Positions 52,993 to 64,000 of a stretch of DNA of 64,000 nucleotides are shown here, piece after piece (the first letter of the stretch is position 1; every line of letters starts with the position of its first letter). Location: assembly GCF_018350175.1 (NCBI RefSeq), contig NC_058383.1, positions 23,996,001-24,060,000 on the forward strand, given 5' to 3'. The notes beneath the pieces were generated by a model. The model worked only from the letters and a program-made list of their open reading frames with translations, did no database searches and was not told the origin of the DNA. This stretch comes from Felis catus. Its lineage: Eukaryota. The position numbers and the translations under genes were made by a program.

Positions 52993-55900
52993 ATGACTCT
53001 AAACCCATATCTTTCAATAATAACACTGAATGTAAATGTACTAAATGTGCCAACCAAAAGACACAGGGTATCAGAATGGATAAAAAAACAAGACCCATCT
53101 ATTTGCTGTCTACAAGAGACTCATTTTAGACCTGAGGACACCTTCAGATTGAAAGTGAGGGGATGGAGAACTATCTGTCATGCTACTGGAAGTCAAAAGA
53201 AAGCTGGAGTAGACATACTTATATCAAACAAACTAGATTTTAAATTTAAGGCTGTAACAAGAGATGAAGAATGGCATTATATAATAATTACTGGGTCTTT
53301 CCATCAGGAAGAGCTAACAATTAGAAATGTCTATGCACCGAATATGGAAGCCCCCAAATATATAAAACAATTAATCACAAACATAAGCAACCTTATTGAT
53401 AAGAATGTGGTAATTGCAGGGGACTTTAATACCCCACTTACAACAATGGATAGATCATCTAGACACAGGATCAATAAAGAAACAAGGACCCTAAATGATA
53501 CATTGGATCAGATGAACTTGACAGATATATTTAGAACTCTGCATCCCAAAGCAACAGAATATACTTTCTTCTTGAGTGCACATGGAACACTCTCCAAGAC
53601 AGATCACATACTGGGTCATAAAACAGCCCTTAAGTATAAAAGACTTGACATCATACCATGCACACTTTCAGACCACAATGCTATGAAACTTGAAGTCAAC
53701 CACAGGAAAAAGTCTGGAAAACTTCCAAAAGCATGGAGATTAAAGAACACCCTACTAAAGAATCAATGGGTCAACCAGGCAATTAGAGAAGACATTAAAA
53801 AATATATGGAAACTGGGGCGCCTGGGTGGTGCAGTCGGTTAGGCGTCCGACTTCAGCCAGGTCACGATCTCACGGTCCGTGGGTTCGAGCCCCGCGTCAT
53901 GCTCTGGGCTGATGGCTCAGAGCCTGAAGCCTGTTTCCGATTCTGTGTCTCCCTCTCTCTCTGTCCCTCCCCCGTTCATGCTGTCTCTCTCTGTCCCCCC
54001 AAAAAAAAAAAAAAAAATATATATATATATGGAAACAAATGAAAATGAAAATACAACAATCCAAACGCTTTGGGATGCAGCGAAGGCAGTCCTGAGAGGA
54101 AAATACATTGCAATCCAGGCCTATCTCAAGAAACAAGAAAAATCCCAAATACAAAATCTAACAGCACACCTAAAGGAAATAGAAGCAGAACAGCAAAGAT
54201 ACCCCAATCCCAGCACAAGAAGAGAAATAATAAAGATCAGAGCAGAAATAGATAATACAGAATCTAAAAAAAAATGTAGAGCAGATCAATGAAACCAAGA
54301 GTTGGTTTTTTGAAAAAATAAACACAATTGATAAACCTCTAGCCAGGCTTCTCAAAAAGAAAAGGGAGATGACCCAAATAGATAAAATCAGGAATGAAAA
54401 TGGAATTATTACAACCAATCCCTCAGAAATACAAGCAATTATCAGGGAATACTAGGAAAAATTATATGCCAACAAACTGGACAACCTGGAAGAAATGGAC
54501 AAATTCCTAAGCATCCACACACTTCCAAAACTCAAACAGGAAGAAATAGAAAACTTGAACAGATCCACAACCAGCGAAAAAATTAAATCAGTTATCAAAA
54601 ATCTCCCAACAAATAAGAGTCCTGGACCAGATGGCTTCCCTGTGGAATTCTACCAGACATTTAAAGCAGAGATAATACCTATCCTTCTCAAGCTGTTCCA
54701 AAAAATAGAAAGGGAAGGAAAACTTCCAGACTCATTCTATGAAGCCAGCAGTACTTTGATTCCCAAACCAGACAGAGACCCAGCAAAAAAAGAGAACTAT
54801 AGACCAATATCCCTAATGAATATGGATGCAAAGATTCTCAATAAGCTACTAGCAAATCGAATTCAACAGCTTATAAAAAGAATTATTCACCATGATCAAC
54901 TGGGATTCATTCCTGGGATGCAGGGCTGGTTCAACATTGGCAAATCAATGTGATACATCACATTAATAAAAGAAAAGAACCATATGATCCTGTCAATCGA
55001 TGCAGAAAAAGCATTTGACAAAATTCAGCATCCGTTCTTAATAAAACCCCTTGAGAAAGTTGGGATAGAAGGAACATACTTAAAGATCATAAAAACCATT
55101 TATGAAAAGCCCACAGCTAATATCTTCCTCAATGGGGAAAAACTGAGAGCTTTCCCCCTGAGATGAGGAACACGACAGGGATGTCCACTCTCACCATGGT
55201 GTTTAACATAGTGTTGGAAGTTCTAGCATCAACAATCAGATGACAAAAGGAAATCAAAGGCATCAAAATTGGCAAAGATGAAGAAGTCAAGCTTTCTTTC
55301 ACTTTTTGCAGATGACACGATATTATACATGGAAAACCCGATAGACTCCACCAAAACTCTGCTAGAACTGACACATGAATTCAGCAAAGTCGCAGGGTAC
55401 AAAATTAATGTAAAGAAATCAGTTGCATTCTTGTACACTAATAATGGAGCAACAGAAAGACAAATAAAGAAACTGATCCCATTCACAATTGCACCAAGCA
55501 GCATAAAATACCTAGGAATAAACCTAACCAAAGATGTAAAAGATCTGTATGCTGAAAAATATAGAAAGCTTATGAAGGAAACTGAAGAAGATACAAAGAA
55601 ATGGAAAAACATTCCATGCTCATGGCTTGGAAGAATAAATATTGTTAAAATGTCAATACTACCCAAAGCAATCTACACATTCAATGCAATCCCAATAAAA
55701 AATGCACCAGCATTCTTCTCGAAGCTAGAACAAGCAATCCTAAAATTTGTAAGGAACCACAAAAGACCCCGAATAGCCAAAGTAATATTGAAGAAGACCA
55801 AAGCTGGAGGCATCACAATCCCAGACTTTAGCCTCCACTATAAAGCTGTAATCATCAAATCAGCACGGTATTGGCACAAAAACAGACACACAGACCAATG

Positions 55901-57012
55901 GAATAGAGACTCCAGAATTGGACCCACAAAAGTATGGCCAACTCATCTTTGACAAAGCAGGAAAGAATATCCAATGGAAAAAAGACAGTCTCTTTAACAA
56001 ATGGTGCTGGGAGAATTGGACAGCCACATGCAGAAGAATGAAACCAGACCACTTTCTTACACCATTCACAAAAATAAACTCAAAATGGATGAAGGACCTG
56101 AATATGAGACAGGAAACCATCAAAACCCTAGACGAGAAAGCAGGAATAAACCTTTCTGATCTCAGCTGCAGCAATTTCTTACTTGACACATCCCCAAAGG
56201 CAAGGGATTAAAAGGAAAAATGAACTATTGGGACCTCATGAAGATAAAAAGCTTCTGCACAGCAAAGGAAACAATCAACAAAACTAATAGGCAACCAACA
56301 CAATGGGAAAAGATATTTGCAAATGACATACTGGACAAAGGGCTAGTAAAATCTGTAAAGAACTCACCAAACTCTACACCCGAAAAACAAATAATCCAGT
56401 GAAGAAATGGGCAGAAAACATGAATAGACACTTCTCTAAAGAAGACCTCCAGATGGCCAACAGGCACATGAAAAGATGCTCAACGTCGCTCCTCATCAGG
56501 GAAATACAAATCAAAACAACACTGAGATATCACCTCATGCAGTCAGAGTGGCTAAAATGAACAAATCAGGGGACTATAGTTGCTGGTGAGGATGTGGAGA
56601 AACAGGAACACTCTTGCACTGTTGGTGGGAATGCAAACTAGTGCAGCCGCTCTGGAAAATAGTGTGGAGGTTCCTAAAAATAGATCTACCCTATGACCCA
56701 GCAATAGCACTGCTAGGAATTTACCCAAGGGATACAGGAGTGCTGATGCATAGGGGCACTTGTACCCCAATGTTTATAGCAGCACTTTCAACAATAGCCA
56801 AATTATGGAAAGAGCCTAAATGTCCATCAACTGATGAATGGAGAAAGAAGTTGTGGCTTATAAATACAATGGAATACTACCTGGCAATGAGAAAGAATGA
56901 AATATGGCCTTTTGTAGCAATGTGGATGGAATTGGACAGTGTTATGCTAAGCGAAATAAGTCATACAGAGAAAGACAGATACCATATGGTTTCACTCTTA
57001 TGTGGATCCTGA
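52993..57012 (+). pseudogene. L1 ORF2 remnant (APE endonuclease, reverse transcriptase, Cys-rich end)
   Basis: Motifs [24 protein letters not shown] (55305-55316) and CWWEC. Broken by a SINE at 53815, a TAG at 54453-54455 and several frameshifts. Confidence 0.95.
53815..54017 (+). mobile_element. Young felid CanSINE inserted into L1 ORF2
   Basis: ggggcgcctgggtgg head, CT-rich region, A-tail; TSD atatatggaaac on both sides. Confidence 0.95.
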
Positions 57013-57391
57013 GAAACTTAACAGAAGACCATGGGGGAGGGGAAGGGGAAAAAAAAAGTTAGGGAGGGAGCCAAACCATAAGAGACTCTTAAAAACTGAG
57101 AATAAACTGAGGGTTGATGGGGGGTAGGAGGGAGGGAAAAGTGGGTGATGGGCATTAAGGAGGGCATCTGTTGGGATGAGCACTGGGTGTTATATGGAAG
57201 CCAATTTGACAATAAATTTCATATTAAAAAAAAAAAAAAGACTTTCAGGTTTCTACAACAGATTCACTCACCCAGATCCCTGTAGATGCAATCTGGAAAG
57301 CCACATTTAAAAAATAATTCCAGATGACTCTTATGTATGTTAAAATTTGAGAACCACTGACTTGGCCAATATAAAGCATAAGAAGAGATGA

Positions 57392-57608
57392 TTTTTTTTT
57401 TTTAATTTAAAGTTTATTTTTGAGAGAGAGAGAGCATGGGTGCAAGTGGGGGAAAGGCAGACAGAGAGGTGGGCAGAGAAAATCCCAAGCAGGCTTCACA
57501 CAAATGGCACAGGCTCAAACACTGGGTTCAAACCCACAAACTGTGAGATCATGACCTGAGCCAAAATCAAGAGTCGGACACCAAAGTACTAAGTCACCCA
57601 GGCACCAC
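57392..57608 (-). mobile_element. CanSINE
   Basis: Reverse SINE; TSD-like aagaaga.atg. Confidence 0.9.
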
Positions 57609-58061
57609 AAGAAGAAATGCTCTTTAATTACCTGAAGTTTAATTACAATTTGAGACTATCTTATTCATACCCCAAATTTCTGGCCAAATGCTGAAGTAGG
57701 AATTTCTGTTAAATTATGTCACTGGATTAGAATTAAACTCCAGCCACCCAAAAGCATCATTAACATTCAATGGTGAAGAGTAAGTATGAAGAAAAAAACC
57801 CAGAATAGACCATGAATGAGGAGAGATGACATGTAGAAGAAATTTAAAAAGTAGCAGCTATAATTTAATTTAGAACTAATTTAAGATAATGGTTTTCAAA
57901 CTGTGCTCCAGGGAACACCAAAGGCTTTGTACAGAAGATTCCAAGGCTTTCAATATCAAGTGGGCATTCAAAAATTTTTTTTAAAGTGAAAATTTTTGTG
58001 TTGGGCATTGCAGTTGGAGAACTATATGGGATTAAAAAAAAAAAGGTTTAAAAACTATCAC

Positions 58062-58499
58062 TTAAGAGAGAAAAACGCTCTGAAGGCCTGATATACAGGG
58101 AAATCATTTTAGATTTCTTTCTGAGTCAACAGGACTGCGTATCATAAACTTTGTTCAAATCAAAAGCGTGGTTTATGGCCCACCACACACGCACTTTATA
58201 TCTGCTTTGTGAATGAGTAGCCTAAAGGAAAACCATGTTGTCCAGGAGATAACAATCAGTGCTCAGATTCCTGCGTTTCTTTACAGTAAAATTGTGATTC
58301 CTGCCTGAATGAGAATCTATAATCTTTAGAGCTTTCACAGGACGTAAAAAGTATATAACCCTGTAAAAACTGTTCATTCTCTGGAGCACTTTCTTCCCTG
58401 TGAAGAGCATGTTTCCTGGGCAGCTGTCCTAACTTGGAGCTCCAATAAAACTCTTTCTTACTTTTGGACTCTAAAAGGTTGGTTCATTTCGTGTTGACA
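58062..58499 (+). mobile_element. Probable ERV1-type solo LTR in UQCRC2 intron 10
   Basis: TATATAA (~58352), AATAAA (58444), terminal GTTGACA; flanks tcac/ccac as a possible 4-bp TSD. Confidence 0.65.
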
Positions 58500-59000
58500 C
58501 CACTGATTTTAATTTCACTCTTAAGTGTCATATGGCCAAAGATTATCTACTTGTGCCATATACTGTTGTAAAATCACGACCAATATTTAGTCCTAAAATT
58601 CAATACATTTACTGCTTTTGTTGAAGGTCATGTGGGGTATTGCACTGGGCAAACAAGGGGTGCTCATTACATAACAGTTTGTTGGCTGACATTTTACATT
58701 CTCTTGATTTGAAGTATTATTTTGAAAGCTTTAGCACTTTCCTCACTGTTAAAAGGTGTGTTTGAGAGGAACGTGGCTTTTCGTTAAAATTAAATGTCAT
58801 AATTTTTCTATTTTAACTTAATCTCAATCTGGAGCAGTAGGTCCATAAACTGTTTCTTAGTGTATATGTTGTACCTTTGGTTGGAAAGTGCAGTGGAATT
58901 CACAAAGTAGTCATAAGAGCACAAGGGGACAGAAGAAAATCTAGAAAAAAGACTAATTAGAATCTAGGAAAATGTTTAATATCTAGAACTTCAAAGAACT

Positions 59001-59173
59001 GGGGCACCAGGGTGGCTCAGTCGGTTAAGCATCAGACTTCACTCAGCTCGGGTCATGAACTCATGGTCTGTGAGTTTGAGTCCCCCATCGGGCTCTGTGC
59101 TGACTGCTCAGAGCCTGCAGCCTGCTTCGGATTCTGTGTCTCCCTCTGTCTCTGCCCCTCCCCTGTGCGCTCG

Positions 59174-59217
<44 letters not shown>

Positions 59218-59240
59218 AAATAAACATTAAAAAAAAATAA
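59001..59240 (+). mobile_element. CanSINE with long (CT)n
   Basis: SINE head; (CT)n at ~59178-59214; A-tail. Confidence 0.92.
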
Positions 59241-59468
59241 AGGGAACTGAAGTGTGAATCTCTCACTTTTTAAGCATTTACTTCTTTCTACACTAGAATA
59301 TAATTGAAAAGACAGTAAGTTTTTAGTTAGATCCTCTAAGGAACTAAACTCAAGCCTGGCTATCTCTTCAACTTTACAAAGATTTTATTTGAAGAGCAGA
59401 TAAACAGGACTACATCATACACACTGACCCTTTAAAAACAAAAGGAGAGATACTGACTATTCACTCAC

Positions 59469-59668
59469 ATCAAATGGCTGGTGAACTCCCTTGGCAACGG
59501 CCTGGTACAGAGAGCTGGTAGCATTGCTGCCCCTCTTGACGTGTGGTCCAGCACCAAGGACATACTGGAGAACACTAAATGCATTTGCTTCTGCACTTCC
59601 TATTGTAGCACTTTCTGCTACAAGGGCAGCATGGACGAGGCTGTCTCCGTTCTGCTCTCGGATTTCAC
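59469..59668 (-). CDS. UQCRC2: UQCRC2 exon 10 ([20 protein letters not shown]...QPFD)
   Basis: 200 nt within ORF 59457-59717; AG and GTGAGT boundaries. Confidence 0.97.
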
Positions 59669-59995
59669 CTGGTGCCATGTAAGGAGAGAGTGATGAAGAA
59701 AGGGGCTTGTTTCCCACAGGTTTTATTCTGTATTCTCTACAACACAGTATTAACTCACTGAAATTAAACTTTCCTGTGGCCTGGTGCTCTTAGCATGTCA
59801 TTCTGCTCTCCCCACAGCGCGCACGCACACATACACAACACGTTTAATACACAACTCCCAACCAATCTATTCCCTTCCTGCCACACGGAGTCTGTTTGGT
59901 GGTAAGTAATCAGGCCTATCCCACACCAATATGCTATTCTGATGTGGAACATCCTTCTGATAAATTAGTCCTAACAGAACAAAATGCTTACTTAC

Positions 59996-60091
59996 CTCCA
60001 CGATATCTGGCCTTTGTACTAGGTAAACCAAGCCCACCCCTCATGTTGAGAAACTGTTCAGCAACTTGCTTTAGAACAGGATGACTCACAC
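59996..60091 (-). CDS. UQCRC2: UQCRC2 exon 9 ([31 protein letters not shown])
   Basis: 96 nt translated by hand; AG and GTAAGT boundaries; phase 1 at both ends. Confidence 0.96.
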
Positions 60092-60508
60092 CTATTTCAA
60101 CAGAAACAAAACCAAGATAGAACCATCATTTCTAAAACACAATTGTAAAATACCTCTTTTAAATACATGATTGTACAATTCAAGTTTTTATAGAAAAAAC
60201 AGTAAAGAAAACAAGAGTACGCTCCCAAAATGCTACCCTCCCTGAGATGCCACTTATACTTTACTATATACTCATCTAGAACTTTTTACTACACGTATAT
60301 GAATATTATCATTTACCTTTTTTTTAAATGGTGTTACTCTATTTATATTATATCTAACTTGTCTTTTGTAATTTAGATCTAAGTGAGTGGTTTACAGCAA
60401 ACATTTAATGGTTATAAAGAATTCCATTTTATGGATGTACCACCATTTATTTAATCAATCCCTTTTTGATGGACTGTTTCCAATAGTTGGCTATTAAAAC
60501 AATATTGC

Positions 60509-60720
60509 AGGGGCGCCTGTGTGGCTCAGTCGGTTGGGCGTCCAACTTCAGCTCAGGTCATGATCTCCTGGCTTGTGAGTTCGAGCCCTGTGTTGGGCTC
60601 TGTGCTGACAGCTCAGAGCCTGGATCCTGCTTCTGATTCTGTCTCCCTCTCTCTCTGCTCCTCCCCTGTTCACTTTCTCCCTCTCTCAAAAATGAATAAA
60701 CATTAAAAAAAAAACTTTTT
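60509..60720 (+). mobile_element. CanSINE
   Basis: TSD aaaacaatattgca. Confidence 0.93.
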
Positions 60721-60739
60721 AAAAACAATATTGCATTGT

Positions 60740-61725
60740 GCATCAAAGAACACTTTCAAGAGAGTGAAAAGAACCCACAGAATGGGGAAGAATGTTTGCA
60801 AATCACATATCTGATAAGGATTTAGTATCCAGAATATACAAAGACTCTTACAACTCAATGATAAAAAAACCAAACAGCCCAACTAAAAAATGGGCAGAGG
60901 ACCTGAATATGTATTTCCCCAAAGAAGATATACAAATGGCCCAAAAGCACAAAAACAGATGTTCAATGTGCTTGGTCATTAGGGAGATGCAAACCAAAAC
61001 CACAATGAGACACCACTTCACACGCACAAGGATGGTCATAATCAAAAAGACAGATAATAATAAGTGTTGGTGAGAAAGTGTAGTTATTGGAACCCTTGTG
61101 CACTTGTTGGTGGAAACACTAAAATGGTTCAACTGCCACAGAAAACAGTCTGGCAGTTCCTCAGACGGTTAAACACTTACCATATGTCTTGGCAATTTTA
61201 CTTCTAATAATATACCCCAAAGAATTAAAAACAGGCATATAACAAAAACTTATACATGAATATTTATATTTACAATAGCCAAAAGGTGAAAACAATTCAA
61301 ATGTCCAAGTGATGAATGGATGAACAAAAAGTGATAATAGAATATTTTTTAGCTAGAAGAGGGAATGGAACATTGGTACATTACAATAGGGATGGACTTT
61401 GAGAACACTATGTTAACTGAAAAAAAGCCAGCTACAAAAGGCTACATATTATGAGATTTTATTTATAGGAAATTTCCAGACAAGTCAATTCTACAGAGAC
61501 ATGAAGTAGATTAGCAGTTGTCAAAGGCGAGGAAGTAGAACAGGGGAGTGACTGCTAATAAATATAGCCTCTCTTGGGGATAATGACAATGTTCTGAAAT
61601 TATGCAGTGTTAATAGTCATAGTACTCTCTGAATATAATAAACCCCATGGAATCCTACGCTTTAAAAAGGTGGATTTTATGGTATGTGAATGATACCTCT
61701 ATTAAAGTGTTATTTATAAAACAAA
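60740..61725 (+). mobile_element. Old L1 3' fragment (end of ORF2 plus 3' UTR), nested in an older antisense L1 remnant (~60300-60505 and ~61740-62200)
   Basis: ORF FANHISDKDLVSRIYK...KWAEDLN...TTMRHH...NNKCW; typical L1M 3' UTR. Confidence 0.88.
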
Positions 61726-62364
61726 TGAACAAAAAACCCAATACTGCAAATAATATCCTTGTGCAACTGTTTTGTAAACTTGACCAACTGTTTTTGTATG
61801 ATAAATGCTTAAAAATAAAATTGTTGGGTCTAAAGCTGTCAACATTTAGAATTTTAATATATTTAAAGAGACCTCCAAAAATGGACCAGTTTATGCTTCC
61901 ACCAACAATTTTTAAGAGTGCCTATTTCTCCATACCTTGGTTAATACTGGGTGTTGTCAATCTTTAATTTTTGCCAATGTCACGGGTTAGAAGCTTTTAA
62001 CTACTAGTGAGGCTATTTTTTTTTACAATAATTGGCCATATACACATATATACAAACATTTTCCCTATGACTTGTTTGTTCGTGCCCTTTGCCTATTTTC
62101 AATTATATTATACATGTTTAAAAACAAAAACAAAAATACTTTTAAAGCTCTTTGCTCAGAGACATTTGTCCTTTGTCAAAGATTTTTCAAATACAGTAAT
62201 TTTTTTTTACATAAATGTTGAATTCTGCTTTCTAAAACAAAACAACCTGAGAATTAAAATCCCATCACATAGTGCCTGAGGACTGTAAACATAAACAGAG
62301 GACTGAGTTATCAAATTTCATTCAATCATGTGCTCACATAATTAGTTACTGTTCTTTTAAAAAA

Positions 62365-62572
62365 ATTTTTTGTTTTAATATTTATTTATTTTTGAGAAAG
62401 AGAGACAGAGTGCGAGTGGGGGAGAAATAGAAAGAGAGACACAGAATCTGAAGCAGGCTCCAGGGTCCGAGCTATGAGCACAAAGCCCGATGCAGGGCTG
62501 GAACTCACGAACCACGAGATCATGACCTGAGCTGAAGTCAGACGCTCAACCGACTGAGCGACCCAGGCGCCC
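62365..62572 (-). mobile_element. CanSINE ~55 nt into the intron from the UQCRC2 exon 8 donor
   Basis: TSD aattagttactgttct. Confidence 0.93.
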
Positions 62573-62628
62573 CAATTAGTTACTGTTCTCAAGGAAACAA
62601 ACTGACCTGCAAGCAATTCCCAACTTAC

Positions 62629-62686
62629 CAAGTCCGATCAAAGCCATTCTCGCACTTGTAAAATGGTTCTGCACATAGTTATGTAA
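62629..62686 (-). CDS. UQCRC2: UQCRC2 exon 8 (LHNYVQNHFTSARMALIGL+G)
   Basis: 58 nt; AG and GTAAGT boundaries; no earlier exon recognised before the window end. Confidence 0.96.
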
Positions 62687-63257
62687 CTGAGGAAGTTAAA
62701 AACATTTATGAGGTTATATAGGTAGAAATACAAAACACTAACAATTAAAACTGCAGCGCAAGAGAAAATAAAAACTCAGGCTTAAAGGCTGCTGTAGTGA
62801 ACTAGAATACCTAGTGCTGAATTATACAGATTTAATTTTTTTTTAATACGGATTTAATTTTTAAAACTATTGCTGAAATTCAGAACTAGAACTTAACGTG
62901 ATGATGGTTACAGAACTATGAACATAATGAAAACCACTGAACTGTGCACTTTAAGTAGGTGAACTATACAGTACATGAATTATATCTCAATAAATCTGTA
63001 CTGAAAAAAAGGAATTAAAAAAGGCCTGAAAAAATCAGAGCACACACTGGCTTGAACTTGAAAAAAAATGAGACTAAGTTTATGATTTTTATTATAAGAT
63101 GATTTTAGCAGATGTGCATCAGATTTGTCTCTTTATAGACAGTAATAAGGTACCACTAACATTCTACCGTAGGGCTAACAGTTATATCACCATATCCCTC
63201 CTATATCCTTCACACTCATCTTTGAAGGGTTCCTTGTCAGGAGATTACAGTCTATAT

Positions 63258-63735
63258 CAGGGTTTCCAACCTGGATAACAAAATTAGCTGGAGCTTAAGA
63301 AACAAAAACAAACACTGTCACTGTCTCTGACCCCCACCCCATTCCTAGGCCCACTCTACAAACTGATATACTAGATTCAATGTGGAATCAGAACCTTGGT
63401 TTAAAACCAACCAACCATCTGCCCATCCAATGAATCCCCGGGTGATCTGAGATCAGTGAGATTTGCGAATCACTGGTTTATATTATTTAGACCTAACATA
63501 CAAAAGTAGGGCTAAAACATACTCTCAACAGGCCCACTATTGCTCCCAAGGGACTGAAAATTGGCTCCTGGGGGCAAGAAAAACATTTTACTCCTTTCAT
63601 ATATAGAACACAAATATATATATGTACACATATATAAACACAGAGTGTATCTATGATATTAAAAATTCTGGGTATAAGAAATTGGCTAAAAAAAGTTCCC
63701 TGGGAATGGGTCATATTAAAAATCACTAGGCTAAG
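63258..63735. mobile_element. Adjacent hAT-type remnants (MER5-like 63258-63476; second MER-like ~63510-63735)
   Basis: cagggtttccaacctgg ... gggtgatctga..tttgcgaatcactg termini; second block contains gaaaattggctcctggggg. Confidence 0.55.
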
Positions 63736-63952
63736 GTAATGAGACTGAATCAAGTTACCACAATTTATGCCCTAAAGCCAATGGTGCTTAAATCTCTGGA
63801 ATCACCCTGGAAAGTTATATATATATATTTTTTCTACTGAATGCTGCCATTGCTCAAGGTAGTCTACCACCAATTTTTTTAGGATTTCCTTTAAGGACAC
63901 AATTAAAAATGCTAATAATTTTGAGATAACCATGGTTAACATCTTGCCCAGG

Positions 63953-63965
63953 AGACAGACAGACA

Positions 63966-64000
<35 letters not shown>
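63953..64000 (+). repeat. (GACA)n followed by (CA)n microsatellite, running off the window end
   Basis: Directly visible. Confidence 0.97.

Larger units (their letters stand above)
51096..57238 (+). mobile_element. Full-length carnivore/felid LINE-1 (5' UTR, ORF1, ORF2, 3' UTR, poly-A), inactivated, antisense in UQCRC2 intron 10
   Basis: ~0.93 kb GC-rich 5' UTR, ORF1 and ORF2 homology, G-rich 3' UTR, AATAAA and A-tail. TSD core agacttt on both sides (51089-51095, 57239-57245); TT|AAAA site at 51079-51084. Confidence 0.97.

Noticed and set aside
52921..54042. 373-aa ORF as a novel endonuclease-SINE fusion protein
   Set aside because: Incidental read-through from the L1 endonuclease domain into an inserted SINE in an element with broken ORF1; no sign of selection or expression

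Overview
Mammalian genomic DNA, almost certainly from a felid (dense CanSINE/SINEC_Fc-type tRNA-SINEs and a carnivore-type L1). The window matches the known MOSMO-PDZD9-UQCRC2 gene order (human 16p12.2), shown in reverse. 1-22025 is MOSMO intron 1, with coding exon 1 on the minus strand inside a CpG island (~21.3-22.6 kb). A complete four-exon PDZD9 CDS (264 aa, + strand, 28547-40795) is divergent from MOSMO. The last seven coding exons of UQCRC2 (minus strand, 42045-62686) converge tail-to-tail on PDZD9. All splice junctions are GT-AG and phase-compatible. The rest is repeat-derived: more than 35 CanSINEs, a ~6.1 kb full-length but inactivated L1 in UQCRC2 intron 10, a two-LTR internally deleted ERVL-like element between MOSMO and PDZD9, probable solo LTRs, and L2, MIR, hAT and Tigger remnants. 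I found no convincing new biological system. The best leads are a uORF plus G-quadruplex in the MOSMO leader, the mini-ERVL, nested or stacked insertions, and the compact convergent termination zone. Repeat family names, orthology and exon numbers are from recall, not database searches.
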